Shown piece by piece: positions 43,526 to 58,997 of a stretch of 64,000 nt of DNA (position 1 is the stretch's first letter; each line of letters opens with the position of its first letter). The notes under the pieces are model-generated. The model saw only the letters and a list, made by a program, of their open reading frames with translations, was not told the DNA's origin and did no database searches. This DNA comes from the human T2T-CHM13v2.0 reference genome, Homo sapiens, in assembly GCF_009914755.1 (NCBI RefSeq), contig NC_060930.1, one strand, 5' to 3'. The position numbers were made by a program, and so were the translations under genes.

Positions 43526-43831
43526 TAATTTCCTTCCTGGAAAGTTTATTGCACATTAAATCAGTGTAAACATGTTTAGTGTTTATATGTAAAATGTTAA
43601 ATTCGAGGCTCAGATAAATATAAATAGGTTTTCCCTCTGGGAAGGAGAGCATTTTTTGTTGAGGGAGACTTCCCTTGGATAGTATGATATCTAGCATCCA
43701 TGACACCACCTAATAAAAGTAGCAACTCTCATTTTTTGTAATTACTAAAATTCACATCTACAAACTTCCAAGACATCCTTAAGGAAGGTGCAGCTCCTGC
43801 TGAGATTGTCACTTTTAAATACTGCTAGGCA

Positions 43832-43864
43832 TGTCATTCCTATTGATGCTCACTAGAGGGAGCA
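43832..43864 (+). promoter_or_regulatory. CTCF-like site (copy 2)
   Basis: TGCTCACTAGAGGGAGCA core with upstream TGTCATTCC. Confidence 0.5.
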
Positions 43865-44566
43865 ACTGGTCTTTAAGAAAGTGATGTATCTAGTCTCTGA
43901 TGGAAGAACTATGGGATGGTCTTTCACTATAAATTAAATACTTTTTTATTTAAATTGAATCACAAACTTTTATTCCCACTAAGCTGTAATTGTTACAATG
44001 TATTTTTCTCAGACAAGTTTAGGTTTATTATGATGGCTCCAATACTCAAATTGTTTACGTATCTCATAGGAGCCTGCCTACAAAGTCCCTACGCAGTCAT
44101 GAATCTGATTTCAAGTTACAGCTCTCCTACTCACTAGCTGTTTGACTGGAGCTAGTCATCTTTCTGAGCCACAATTTCCTCATAGGTAAAATGGAGATTA
44201 TAATACATATTTCACAAGCCTATTATGAAAATGAAATAAGATATATATAAAGCGTACTATAAGCTTTCAATGAATAGAAGATGGTAATATTATTTGTATT
44301 ATGCTAAAACTTAGGCATATTAAAGTTAGACTATTGTGCAAGGTATAATCTGGCACTAAATTTTCAATTTCCTGTACACAGCTAACTATATAGAATTTCA
44401 GAGAAGAATATAATCCCTGTGGATTAGAGTGGTCAGTGGAAGAAATGAGCCTTGACTTATATTCTGCTATGGGTGAGCATTGAATAGCTTGAGAAAGAAG
44501 TGGGGCGTGAGGACATAGTAACCATACTTGTCCACTGCTCCAGCTATTTCAACATGCATTCAAGAC

Positions 44567-44767
44567 CTGCACTGTCCAATACTATAGGCACTAGCCATAT
44601 GTGTCTATTTTGATTTAAATTAATTAAAATGAAGTAAAGTAAAAAATTCAGTTCATCAGTCACACTAATTACATTTCAAGTACTTATTAGCAACATCTGA
44701 CTAGTGGCTGCTATATTGGATCTCATGCAACATTTCATCATGGCAAGAAGTTTGTTGGACAACATTA
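44567..44767. mobile_element. MER3-like hAT MITE
   Basis: CTGCACTGTCCAATA...TTGGACAACA ends; 8-bp TSD TTCAAGAC/TTCTAGAC. Confidence 0.8.
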
Positions 44768-45934
44768 TTCTAGACATACAGCATCTTCAAGTGGTGGAAA
44801 AAGGTGTAGTTGCTGGAACTAAAATGCCATACCACAGAGGTAGCAGGCACACATTTTATAAGAGTCTTAAGGGAAAAAAACACCTTTTGAAATTCATACT
44901 AGCAGCATTTTTGAGCAAAAATTTTGTGTGTTTATAATTGGGAGTATATAAGTAGAAGTACTTATCCACTGGCTCACATAACATAAAAAGGATAATCCAA
45001 ATATTATGTTGCTTCACTATAAAACTTACATATTTAAAATAAGTTACAAAAATCTGAGCCATTACCCTTCAGAGAGAGGAATGAAGCTAAATGGGTCAAA
45101 TTCAGGAAGTGTTAGTTGAAAAATATGTGTAATTAAATTAGTTATTTAAATAACCAATAAAATGTGTACTTGGTGGGACAAACCCCTACTGTATTTTTAG
45201 TAAGGTAAAATGGTAAGGTATAATAATTTAAAAGAAAATTTAAAAATAATGTACATGAAACAATGAAAATACTTGCATAGATTTTTTAAAGTCACTATGA
45301 ATCATAGTGATTTGTTTGTTACTATACCAAAAATTCACAGTCAAGCCATTTAATAAACATGACTGTTATATGTGAAAGCATCTCAATATCCTAAGATTAA
45401 GCAATTTCATGCAAAGGAAATATTTCTGTGTATTTTTTAGGTAGTATTTAGATCTGCAGCTAAAACCCTTTAAACATTTTGTTAGTTGCCATTCATTTAA
45501 AACTCCAGAGCTCATGTATCATACAAAAATATCAGAAATTTCTTTTTTAAATGGAAATATAGTCCTAGGGTCAAAGAACCTTTTCAGAACAACTAGACCT
45601 TCATGATAAAAAAAATAAAAATAATAAAAAGTAAAGAAAACCAGCCCTCTTGTTTTAAAACAAAATTCATCAAGGTCATTTACTACTTTCCACATACAAA
45701 TTGATTCAATATGAAAAGTTCATATTATGGTATCCAGCTTAATACTTTGGTTGTCATAACACTTCATCCATTAGCTGAGAACTCTGCCTTGTGAGTTCTT
45801 TGGCTCTGAGACTATATTATAACTTCACTGGGTTTGTAAGCAAGCCATTCTATGCACATCTGTTTTAAAAATGTGACAGGTTGATTTGAAAAATACCATA
45901 TTTCATTCATCATCATAAATAGAAATATTTATAT

Positions 45935-46150
45935 TTATTGAATATTTACTACATAATAGATACTGTGTTAAATGCTTTTCATATATTATTTAATTGCCTC
46001 ACCCCTCCATTACATAGGTAGTATTCACCCTGTTGTGAAGATTAAGAAATCCCAGAGATATCAGGTGACTTGCCTAAAGTTACATGACTAATAAGTAATG
46101 GAGTATGGATATAAACCCAGTTTATTGGCTTCAAAGCTCTTTGTACTATG
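45935..46150 (-). mobile_element. MIR SINE
   Basis: TTTATTGAATATTTACTA...AGGTGACTTGCCTAAAGTTACATGACTAATAAGT. Confidence 0.7.
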
Positions 46151-47029
46151 CCATGTTGCTTTTCTGATTTCTTGAAATCTTTGACAGTAACCGGGGAACT
46201 CAAGGGTTACTGCCACCTATTTTCTAATAACTTCGTTTTCTTGGATCTGTATCATTAGTGCCTAGCACCTAGAAGATTCTTAGGCAGTGTTGGCTGCATT
46301 GATTGAATGATTCCACACTGATGGCTAGCTTAAACAGCCATGGAAACTTTAATTATAATATATTAATCTAAACAGGACATATGGTTTTTAGGAGTTAAGT
46401 GCCCTCAGGGGAAGCATTTACTAAATGTGGGGCACATTTTAAAAGTAATATCTCCTGCTACTGCTGATATTTCTAAATTAACAGTATTTCTAGATTCTCA
46501 GACTTGGGGTTCAGAGATTTCACTTGCTGATTAATTAATTCAAGGATATAAGAGCTCTAGCAAATAAATATTTTATTAATTTGTACTGTTCTACACTCAG
46601 GAGCAATTATTGAAAATCAAGGTTTGTTATCAGGAAATACATGAAGTCTTATTTGGAAATAATTCCTTAAAACTCATCCTGAGAAGAGACAATCTGCATC
46701 CTTCCCACTTAGTATATCATCTACCCATTTGTGGTCTCTCATAATTGGAAATATTTCCCTAATTCCAAAAGCAGAAAGGAATCCTCTTAACTGCTAACTT
46801 CTCTCCCAAAGGGAGAAACTTTTTCCAGCCAACCTCAGTGAAATTGTTGATTGAATGCTGATCCTAGAACTGCATTATGAATGCAAAAAAGTAAACAAAG
46901 CACCCATTCTAAGTTTGCTCAATTTTCTGGCCACCACTGTGCTCTGCAATGTCATCTGTAGCACAGAAGATTGGAGGCGTAGACTTGAGACCAGACCACT
47001 TCGTCTGTTCTTTCCAAACTCTCTAAATT

Positions 47030-48600
47030 CAAAACATTTGTTGAGGTTTATGCAGGACACAAGAGTTGTGGGATGGCATACAAAAATCTGAAAGTCATGG
47101 ACTTTGTTCATTAGGGACCACAGTGTTGTGGAGAAGATAGACACAGAAACACATAATTATAATACCAGATGAAACAAACAATTATAATACCAGATGATAC
47201 CAATAATTATAATACTAGGAGAGTGTTGTTCCAGCAAGAGAGATGTGGACAAAGGGCTTTGGGTGCACAGAATAGGAAATTTGTATTCCTATATTGATAA
47301 GAGAGCTTGGTAAGAATTCAGAGGTGATAATTTTGAGATGAGTCCTAATAAGAAAAATAAAATTATAATAAGAGAGAGGGGGTGAAAATTCCAGGTTGAC
47401 TAAAATACCCTGAACAAAGACTCAAATACAAGTAGAAGTCCAGCCAGCTTGAGGAAATGACTGAAAGATAGGGAGATTAGTTGGGGGTGATGGTTAGGTA
47501 AAATGGAATCTGATAGTTAAAGGCTTTTTATTATACATTATTATATGTTTATGATATATTAAATATAATTATATATATACATATTTGTTAATCCTATGGG
47601 TATTAGAGGATATTGGAGGCTTTTAAACAGGGGATTGACATGGACAGTGTCAGAAAATAATATTAATTGCCATATGGAAAATGATGTGAAGGTTATATGA
47701 TTAAAGGCTGGGATATCAGTTGTGAAGTATTATAAAAATGCAGGCAAGGGTAGATGAGGATATCTTTAGGAATGTAGTAACTGACAACAGAATATGTCAG
47801 ATAAATTGTAGAACCAATTGAAAAACTAGATATGAAAGTAGACAAGAAGTTAAGGAAGACTGATTTGTTTAGTTTGGGTAACAAGGATGGGTGGAAATGT
47901 GATTGAGTTATGGAATACAGGAAGAAGATCGGGTTGTAGTGGGAGGAGAGATCAACAGTTCAGCTACAGACAAGGAGAGTTTCATGTGACTCTAGGGAGA
48001 TGTTGGGTATTTGTAGATCAGATAGATTTGGGTATTTGTAGAGCAGGAGAAGAGTGGGGTTTACAGTTAGACTTGGAAATCTTGAGTGTTTAGGTGATAG
48101 TTGACATCATCAGAGTGGACGAGAACACCAGGAAGACAAGTAGAGGAAGAAGAAAGGAAGGCCAAAAATAGAGCTCTGAGGAACACTGACGTGAAAGAAA
48201 CAGATGAGGTGGCACAAGTAGAGGAAACTGAGAAATAGCCATTAGAGGTAGGGAAAGAACCAGAAGAGTGTTGTTTCAGTATGCAAGGGAAGAATGGACT
48301 TCAGGAAGCTAAGGTTCAAGGGATGCAGCCATATTGAGTGAGATGAAGACTGGGAAGAAAAGTTTCCGAATTGGGCGGCAGCTATACAGCATGGGTGTCT
48401 TTAGTGAGAGCAATTTCAGAAAAGTAGCAAGACAGAAAAATTGCAGAGTTGAAAAAATGAATGATAAATGAACATATAGATAGTGTGTGAGGCCAGTTCT
48501 TTCATAATTGTCAGTATAGAAAAGGGGAAAGACTGGATGACAAGTTCAAGGAGATGCAGGGTTGAGGGAAGAATGTTTGTAGGGAGCAGCATTGTTGGGA
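47030..48600 (-). mobile_element. Degraded L2 LINE
   Basis: Purine-rich L2-like tract starting AAACATTTGTTGAG; boundaries approximate. Confidence 0.55.
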
Positions 48601-49218
48601 GCAGAGTAAGGATCTGATTATTACACTGAAGTGTTGAGGAAGCAAACAAACAAAAAAAAAGAAAACAAACTGAATGTCAGTAAGTAGAAGAAAGGTTGGA
48701 TAAATTATGGCATGTTTATACAACTGAATATTACGTAACCTTTAAAAGGAATAAATTGGATCCAAAGTAGTGACCTGGAAAAGCATCCATGTTAATTAGA
48801 AAGATGTAAAAGAACATTGCAGACCAATAAGTATATGCTAATTATATTTTAATAAATATTAGCTGACACCCTTGTATCTATATAAATGCAAGAAATATTA
48901 AGAAAGGATGTGTACCCAGTTGCCAACAGTGGTGATCTCTGGGGGATGAGGATGGGAAGGGGACTTTAGCTTATTGCTTCTTAGAATTTTAAAGAGAGGT
49001 GGTGACATTAGGAATGACTTTTACACATTGGATTTAAAATATTTTTCAGACAAACATTAAAGAAAACCCTCTCATACAATGATGAGATAATTTAACTTTA
49101 TATAATTAACTACAGAGTTCAAAGAAGAAAATAACATAAACGAACACATTTGCTTTAATAAGTTATTGGGCTTGTATTTAAAGCTGAAGCAAAAACATTT
49201 GCTCAGATGTGATATTGA

Positions 49219-49515
<297 letters not shown>

Positions 49516-49598
49516 TAGCTGAAATTCAGTCAAAAACTTAATTTACTGGGTTGTACCTCTTTATTATGAAGTATTGGTTGCTTTTAAAATGAGCTAGA

Positions 49599-49897
<299 letters not shown>

Positions 49898-49975
49898 CTA
49901 TTTGGTAATATTTCTTTTGTCTAAAGTATGTTTTTAAAATATATATACAATTAGTAACTAGCTAATAGTTAATAA

Positions 49976-50301
<326 letters not shown>

Positions 50302-51979
50302 AAAAATGATTTTATATGGAACACTTAGAAGCAGGGTGCTGGAATTAGCAAAAAACAGTTTTCAAGTTAAACGTAGTTTAGTAATCAGAATTGTATTGAC
50401 AGTAACAGATTCATTGTAAAATACAAATGCTCCTATATTCATACATTAGTTTAAGTAAGTTAAATAATCTGTAAACCAACTTTCTTGGATTGAATTCTGA
50501 GGTCAAGCCAGGTTAATAGAAGGGTCAGGGAAGATAGAAAGCCATAAATATGGTTCTTAAAGCTTGTGGGCACAAGAACTCTTGGAATGAAGGTAGATAG
50601 GGGAAGTATTTGTAAAGGGAAGTGAGAAGATGTCAGGAAAGTCCTGCAAGTGGGTACCTGAATCATGGCATTACCAGTGGTTTAGCATATCAGAACCTCA
50701 GCCCAGAGTTTCACCATCTAGTCTCTGGTCCCATCCCGAAGCCAGAAAGAACATAAGGAAAAAGAGGAGATGTGAATAACAAGTCTCTCCTCCAATTTCC
50801 TCTCACCCCATCTTTATTACCAATTACCAGTGGAAAGCAAAATGATATATGCAGAACACCCCATCTCAAAGCCCTAAAGGTGGTTAAATGAGTAGACTAC
50901 TCACCAACTCCTTACTGAGCACTTCCTATAGTAAGTATGATAAGTGATGAGGATTTAACGATAAAAGACACTGTTCATGCCCTCGAGAGACTGCCCACGG
51001 TGGGGTGGAGGGTGATTTGGAAATAAATCATACTGCAGTGTGAAAACAGGAATATTAGGTATATTCTACCAAGTACAAGCTGAACACAGAAAAAAAGACC
51101 TACTGATTGCTGTGGCGGTTGGAGGAGCTTCCTAGAAGAAGAAAGGACACTTGTGCTAGGACTTGAAGGCAGAAGAAAGGTGGGAGAGGAGAAGATGGGA
51201 GGAGATAGGTTCAGGGAACAGCCTAGGCAAAGGTGTGGAGGGTTGTGGGGAGAGAGCGGGAGAGTGGATGAGGAAGGAAGGCTTGAATGTGGCTTGGCTT
51301 ATATTTGAAGGACTTTGAGACTCGCTGTGGAGTATTATGTTCTGCTGTGATCATCCTATTAAACCCTGACTACATCCATTGATTTTTTTTCCTATTTAAA
51401 ATTTCCTATTTAAAATATTTCCTTCCAAACATTTTTTAATTTCAAGGTCTTTATGTAAGATGAGATGTGATCCAACAACTATACTAGCCCACATGTGAAA
51501 TGACAAGGCAGAAACCACAATACAGAAAATAAAATAAAACAGCCTTAATTTAAATATTTAAAGTAGAGCTGTCTAGATTTTCAGAAAGCAATAATGTGTC
51601 TCCTGGAAATTGACTGATATGTTTTTTGACACTGTTAGTTTCAGTTATTTTTCAAGGCATCACTAAACCCTGGAAGAGAACAGTCTTAATTTATAGTTTA
51701 AGTAGGTTTATTTAAGGGGAAAAAGAAAATTGCAAGATGTCATTTTATTTCCATTCCAAAAATAAGCATAACATTATCATAGAAGCCTCTTTGAAAGTAG
51801 AACTTCATTAATTGGGACTCCACTGAGGAAAATTTTTCCATAATCTCATCAGTTTTGCCTTTGCTTAGCAAACCATCATTTTATGATTATCATAAACCAA
51901 TAATAAACTAGGCATATTGGAATTATATTTACAATATGAAAGACAGCACTTTTCATTCAACCTCATCAATCTTGGAAAC

Positions 51980-53060
51980 CTATTTTTTCATTAAATAAAT
52001 ATTTCTGAAATCACTAAAATGTGCCTGGTGACATTCTACATACTGGGGATATATAGCTGTCCCTTGGTATCCAGGGGAATTGGTTCCAGTACCCCCTCAG
52101 ATACCAAAATCCATGGATGCTGAAGTCCTTGATAGAAAATGATGTAGTATTTGTGTATAACCTACACACATCCTACCCTATACTTCAAATCATCTCTACA
52201 TTATTCATCATATTTAATACAATGTAAATGATATGTAAACAATGTTATACTGTATTATTTTTTAATTTGTATTATTGTTTACTGTTACGTATTTTCTTGA
52301 AATATTTTCAATTCATGGTTGGTTAAATCTGTAGATGTAGAACCCTTGGATATGAAGGGTGGACTGTGGGGTTGAACAAGACATGCTAAATCCCTGCCTA
52401 TTAGGAGTTTATATTTTGATGCGAGGAGAAAGATAATAAATATGAAAACATAAAAAGATAATTTGAAGGACCCAAGAAATGCTCTAAATAAAGTAATTTA
52501 AAAGTGTGACTGGGGCTAAGGTTTTGTGTGGAGGTGATATTTAAGTTAGACCTGAGTGGTGAGAAGGTGTCAGATGTAAAGATCCACTAGGAATTACATT
52601 ATAAGTGGAATGAACAAAGGAGCAAAGACCCTGAGACAGGTTTAGTTAACAAAAAAGAAGAGTAGTGTGGCTGAGTAGTGAACATCCTTATTTTGGAAAT
52701 GAGGTCAGAAAGATGAAGATGGTCAGATCATGTGAGGCTTTAAAGGCTATAAGGAAGCTGGATTTTATTCTAGTTACAATGAGAATCTGTTTGGATTTTT
52801 GGTAGGGTGAGGGTAGGGTGAATTTTTGGTAGAGTGAGAATCTGTTTGAATTTTTGGTAGGGTGGATTCGACATAATTGAATTCATGCTTTGGAAAAATC
52901 ATTTGCGCTGTTTTGTGGGGATTGGGTAGGGAGGAAGAGTTGAGGCAGGAAAGCTGCTGAAGTAGTTGCTGCAGTGGTCCAGGGAAAGTGGCTTAAACTA
53001 GGGTTGTAGCTGTAGACACTGTGAGAAGTGGTAAGACTCAGAATATGATTTGGGTAGGCA
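51980..53060 (-). mobile_element. L2 fragment interrupted by MER2
   Basis: TTCATTAAATAAATATTT...GTGCCTGG; GAGGTGATATTTAAG...GCAAAGACCCTGAG. Confidence 0.55.
52055..52367. mobile_element. MER2 (Tigger-family) MITE
   Basis: GTCCCTTGGTATCC...TTGGTTCCAG..CCCC...ATACCAAAATCCATGGATGCT...GGATATGAAGGGTGGACTG. Confidence 0.85.
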
Positions 53061-53064
53061 AAGT

Positions 53065-53490
53065 ATAGTGGAGATGTTGGTGCTCTGTCCATATCCCTTT
53101 GCATGCACTGTTTCAGTGTGTGCTGACGGCTTCCTACTGCCAGGCCAGAATGCTAGGGAATTGATACCCTAGGAGCCATCCTTAGCCAAAGTCAACCCTA
53201 GGAGCCGTCCTTAGCTAAAGTCAGATGGGAGTTGGAGGAGGAACATTCCAGCTTCCTCTCCTCTTGGGTGGAGAACAACTCCAATTCATGTTCTACACCA
53301 TCTCTCAAAGGTCCCAGCGGGCCCCCATCAGTAACCTGCTCATCCTCACACTTTGTACTTGGTTTCCTTCCTTCCTTTCTCCTTTTCCTACCTCCACATG
53401 AGTGCCTCCTAGGATCACCTCCTAAAGAAGAAACTTACACTCTAATTCCTGACCCAACATCAGCTTCTAGGGAAATGCAATCTGAAACAC
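53065..53490. mobile_element. LTR16-like ERVL solo LTR with internal 29-bp tandem duplication
   Basis: GATGGGAGTTGG...GGGTGGAGAACAACT...; CCCTAGGAGCC(A/G)TCCTTAGC(C/T)AAAGTCA twice at 53168-53224. Confidence 0.55.
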
Positions 53491-53890
53491 TAATTTTAGT
53501 GAATTATAAGTAATTAATTAGCAGGGGCTAAAATGAGGACCTATAATAGTTAGTGGTTTGGGATTATTTGATTTGTTAGACATACTACAAGAAGACAAAA
53601 CTGCATTTCCACTTCAAATTCATTCTTTTATCTACTTCCAAGGTTCTGCTTATGAATCTTCTTAGGATAAATTATCTTGACCATTTTCAGCAAATTCACT
53701 TTTGTCAAACCAGGAAAAAGTGATTTCTAGAAAGAGGTGGCATTTCTCTAGCATCTCTTTGCCATGTTAGGGGATGTCTGCCATGGCAGTAGAGCTCTCT
53801 GGAGTTTAGTTGTGATCTATGATCACTAGGCTCTTAATAAAATCTTGTTAAACTATTGTTACCAGGATTTGGGTTAAAGGTTCAGACATA

Positions 53891-53994
53891 ATGACTAACC
53901 ATCATGGTTTGCCTGGGACTAGTGTTTTCCTGGCTTGGAAATTCATTGTTAAAACTGGCTAGTCTCAAGCAAACCAGGATTGTTGGACACCCTG
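53891..53994. mobile_element. MER94-like hAT MITE
   Basis: GACTAACCATCATGGTTTGCCTGGGAC...GCAAACCAGGATTGTTGGACACCCTG. Confidence 0.6.
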
Positions 53995-54173
53995 TCAGAG
54001 TTTAGGCCCTGGGGTAAGAAATATTTGAGTTTTAATTCCTGAATTGTCATTTATTGACTTGGTGATTATAGTCAAATTGATTAACATTTCTGTGTCCTCA
54101 TTGCTTATCTGTAGAGTTAATGCCAGTACCAAATCTATAAATCTGTTGTGAAGATTAAATGAGGCTATCCACA

Positions 54174-54687
54174 TGTGGTAGGCAGAATAATGCCCTCCCC
54201 CCAGGAAAGATGTCCATGTTCTAGTCTTCATAACCTGTGAATATGCTGTTACATAGCAAGGGGGAATTAAGGTTGCAGGTGGAATTACGGTTTCTCATCA
54301 GCTGACCTTGAGATAGGGATATTGTCCTAGATTAGTCAAGTGAGCCCAATGTAATCACAAGTGTTCTTTAAAGTAAAAAAGGGAGGCAGAAGAGATCAGA
54401 GTGACACAGTGTGTGAAGAACTCAACCAGCCATTGTTAGTTTTGAAGACAGAGGACGGGGCCACTAGCCAAGGCATGTGGGCAGCATCTAGAAGCTAGAA
54501 AGGTCAAGGAAATGGATTACCCTCTAGAGGTTCCAGAAAGAAATGTAGCCCTTCTGATACCTTCAGTTTAACCCCATGAAACACATTTTAGACTTCTCAT
54601 TTCCAGAACTGTAAGATAATAAATTTGTGCCCTTTAAAGTCACTACGTGTGTGATAATGTTTTACAGCAGCTATAGAAAACTCAACA
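54174..54687. mobile_element. MLT1D/E-like MaLR LTR inside a MIR
   Basis: TGTGGTAGGCAGAATAATG...AACCTGTGAATATG...CCAGAACTGTAAGATAATAAATTTGTG. Confidence 0.8.
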
Positions 54688-55475
54688 TATAAAGCATTAA
54701 ACACATTATCTGACATATAGTGTTCATGTAATACTGTTAGCTAACTCAGCTCCAGTGTTGAAACTCACACAAAGCCTTTGACTTTTCTGCATTCTGATAG
54801 GTGGGACATGGAAAACGGAGCCATCCTCTTCTACACTAGCCATTCATTAACACAATTCTTAATAATTAACTCCTAAATAAAAAATCGTTTTGGATACCTC
54901 AGGCTAGATACATTATCTTGTTCTTTTGAACCCGTAGGCATTGTGTGCATATCTATGATGATACTTGTTTTACCTTGTTTCTAGCTATTTGTGATTTTAC
55001 TTAACTCTCTTAGTTTAGAAACAAGTTGAACATGAAAACAATTTTTACTAACTTTTCTATTCTCAGGATGTTATCAATTTGCATAAAGTAGCCAATGTAC
55101 ATTAAATATTATTAAGTAATAAGTATGGGAAAAGAGGAAGTGAAAGCAAGCAGTTTTCTGATGTGACCTAGAAATTGCACAGTTGTGTCCACTCTCATGC
55201 CACTGGCAAAACTTGGTTTGCAAGAGAAACAGAGGGAAATTTGTCTCTAGTTAATGTAGTTTTGTGCTTACCTAAAATTTTGGGAAAAAAGAGAGGACTG
55301 AATGTTGAAGAACAATGAGCACTTTCTCTGTTTAATGGTTTTAAGAATAATTTGAGCCAATTAGAAGTTATCTATAATTAATTATGAGTTTAGAAAGCTA
55401 TAAGGGAAGAAAGTGCCCCAAAGGTATGGTGAACTAGAAATGTAAATAAATTCTCATCCTGAAAGGCTTCTTGAA

Positions 55476-55480
<5 letters not shown>

Positions 55481-55542
<62 letters not shown>

Positions 55543-55628
55543 TACATATATATGTATGTATATGTGTGTGTATATGTATGTATGTAGGTAGGTAGGTATA
55601 GGTATAGATAAAGAGATAGAGATAGATG
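55481..55628. repeat. Compound microsatellite (TA)n(CA)n with degenerate TATG/TAGG/GATA units
   Basis: About 22 TA then about 9 CA units, followed by low-complexity tetramers. Confidence 0.95.
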
Positions 55629-57612
55629 ATGGACATTCCTCTGCACTCAACTTGTACCACATAGAATCTCTAAAGTTTGAACAATACTATTCACAACTTT
55701 TTATTTTGTCACCTAAGAGGCCAAGATAACTTTTTAGGGCACATCTTTAACAGTTATTAATGTTGAAATGGTTAATTCTACAGTGTACTGTGAATTGAAA
55801 CTGAGAAAGTAAAATCAATATGGTCCAAAAGAATGTTACCTAACACATTTTACTATTTTCTGAGATTGCTGGTGTTTTGGCAGTGACTGGCTGTGGGCAA
55901 GGATAACATGCAACATTAGATGGAAATATAGTTGTGGAATTTTAATAAACTGTTGGTCTGCCAATTATTTGCTTTTATTCAAACCGTTTTTAAATTTGGC
56001 AGTTATTCATAAATCTCAGTCCAGAAAAACTGTCAACTTTTCTTAGGAAGATGTATATAGTAGTAAGAGAATAAAGAAAAGACAGACCTTCACATATTCC
56101 AGAAAGAGATTTTATTTTTGCCCCAACCTACTGAATTTGTACTTCCAGAGTTTGCCATAGTACTTTAGAACCCAAAGTTACAATTAGAGGAATAATAGGA
56201 ACTAACAGAGTCATGTCCGAATAGTAAGTTTCAAATAGTACATTTTAGGTGATTGTTACTATTTCTTGGAATACTAAATAGTTCTGATGAGTACAATACT
56301 CATTTCCTTCCATATTTGAGTATTATTTTCATACAAATGCAAAAATGAAAGAAGAAAAGCCTCGCTTCAAATGCACAAGTTCCTTAAATTTCTGAATATA
56401 TCATTTTATCCTGCTTGTTGATAAAATTCCACAGTATTGAAGAGCTGGGAATTTTTAGAATTCACAGGGACTATGCATAATATTTGGTAATGGCTTGATG
56501 TGCTTCATGACATATATTATCTTTCTCCTTCTGCTCAAGATCTACTTGGCATAATTATTTTCCTGACTTCTGCCTCAGGCAATCAAGTCTAATGGGGACA
56601 TTTTTGGCCTTTTGCTAAGTTACCAGTGCTAGTGTCAAAGAACTATTGTCCTTCCCCCCTTTCTTTCACCCTTTGAATCTGAGTCCAAAATAAATGAATG
56701 GTAACAAGTTCTCTTCACTGCTTTTTAGTGTAAAGTTTCAGTTCAGGGAAAGTTCTGTTCAACAATGAATTCCAGCAGTGTTCCTAATGCCAGCAGGCAG
56801 CATAAAGGTCTCGGAGTGTGGAAGTAAGCCAGAATAAATTCTTCTCAATTTGAGTGAAGTCATTTATATATGATAACATATGATTATGATTCTTAATGCA
56901 AACTTCATGGCCATCTTAAGAGCTTAAATGATCAGTATTTATAGACAGCAAACTTAGGGGTGAAATCATCTTACTGTGTTTTTTATCCCAATAAGATATT
57001 ATTCATATACAAAACATGGAAGAAGGTCCTAAGAGATAGAGAGTTCTTTGGTTGTAGCACAGTGGTTGGACTTCTGAGGTGGTCAGGGTGAAAGATTTTA
57101 GAGTGGTTATATGGACAGAGCAGTGAGGGAGGGAGGGAGGGAGAGAGAGAGAGAGAGATCCAGAGAGCACACAAACATAGGCATTCATGCACATGCAAGT
57201 GTACAACCTCCCTCGGGGCTTCTCCCTCAGAGGTGAAGGGCAGTGCTGAGGACCCATCTGGAAAGAGTTTTGTTTCTCTTCCTCGGAGATGATGGGGACT
57301 TCCTGAAAGCCTTGGCCTTATCCATGTGCAACTAGGCTGTATGATCCTCCCTACAGCAGGGAGGTTCCGTCTGCTCAGAGTCATGCTCCTTGGGTATCCT
57401 TCTGTATTATCTCTTCTATTAGATGTGTATGTGTCTTAAGAGGGAAGAACCATTTTATATTTTATTGATTCTTCCTACACTCACTCTTCATCTTCCAATG
57501 CCTTCTCCACACTACAGCCAGAGTGATCTGCTGAGTAGTATCTGATTATGTCACATCCTTACTTAAACCGCCTCAATGGCTGAGTAGTACTCTTAGGATA
57601 AAAACCAGCATT

Positions 57613-58997
57613 TTTTTTAATACTTTAAGTTCTGGGGTACATGTGCAGAACGTGCAGGTTTGTTACATAGGTATACACATGCCATGGTGGTTTGCTACAC
57701 CCATCAACCCGTCATCTGCTTTAGGTATTTCTCCTAATGCTCTCCCTCCGCTAGCTCCCCACCTTCTGGCAGGCTCCGGTGTGTGATGTTCCCCTCCCTG
57801 TGTCCATGTGTTATCACTGTTCAACTCCCACTTATGAGTGAGAACATGCGGTGTTTGGTTTTCTATTCCTGTGTTAGTTTGCGGAGAATGGTGGTTTCCA
57901 GCTTCATCCGTGTCCCTGCAAAGGACATGAAGCCATCCTTTTTTATGGCTGCATATTATTCCATGATGTATATGTGCCACATTTTCTTAATCCAGTCTAT
58001 CATTGATGGGCATTTGAGTTGGTTCCAAGTCTTTGCTATTGAGAATAGTGCTGCAATAAACATACGAGTCCATGTGTCTTTATAGTAGAATGATTTGTAA
58101 TCCTTTGGGTATATACCCAATAATGGGATTGCTGGGTCAAATGGTATTTCTGGTTCTCGATCCTTGAGGAATCGCCACACTGTCTTCCACAATGGTAGAA
58201 CTAATTTACACTTCCACCAACAGTATAAAAGTATTCCTATTTCTCCACATCCTCTCCAGCATCTGTTGTTTCCTGACTTTTTAATGATCGCCATTCTAGC
58301 TGGCGTGAGGTGGTATCTCATTGTGGTTTTGATTTGCATTTCTCTAATGACCAGTGATGATGAGCTTTTTTTCATATGTTTGTTGGCTGCATAAATGTCT
58401 TCTTTTGAGAAGTGTCTGTTCATATCCTTTGCACACTTTTTGATGGGGTTGTTTGTTTTTTTCTTGTAAATTTGTTTAATTTAAGTTCCTTGTAGATTCT
58501 GGATATTAGCCCTTTGTCAGATGGATAGATTGCAAACATTTTCTCTCATTTTGTAGGTTGCCTATTCACTCTGATGATAGTTTCTTTGGCTGTGCATAGT
58601 TCTTTAGTTTAATTAGATCCTATTTGTCTATTTTAGCTTTTGTTGCAATTGCTTTTGGTGTTTTAGTCATGAAGTCTTTGCCCATGCCTATGTCCTGAAT
58701 GGTATTGCCTAGGTTTTCTTCTAGGGTTTTTTATGGTTTTAGGTATTATGTTTAAGTCTTTAATCCATCTTGAATTAATTTTTGTATAAGGTGTAAGGAA
58801 GGGGTCCAGTTGCAGTTTTCTGCATATGGCTAGCCAGTTTACCCAACACCATTTATTAAATAGGGAATCCTGTCTCCATTTCTTGTTTTTGTCAGGTTTG
58901 TCAAAGATCAGATGATTGTAGATGTGTGGTATTATTTCCGAGGCCTCTGTTCTGTTCCACTGGTCTATATATATCTGTTTTGGTACCTGTACCATGC
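57613..58997 (-). mobile_element. 5'-truncated L1PA (about L1PA7-8) inserted in an L2
   Basis: ORF2 C-terminal fragments 57956-58423 and 58663-58995; TSD AAAA(C/T)CAGCATT at 57601-57612 and 58998-59009; L2-like flanks at 57480-57600 and 59010-59520. Confidence 0.93.

Noticed and set aside
55454-55662. YI/CV-rich ORFs
   Set aside because: Microsatellite translation
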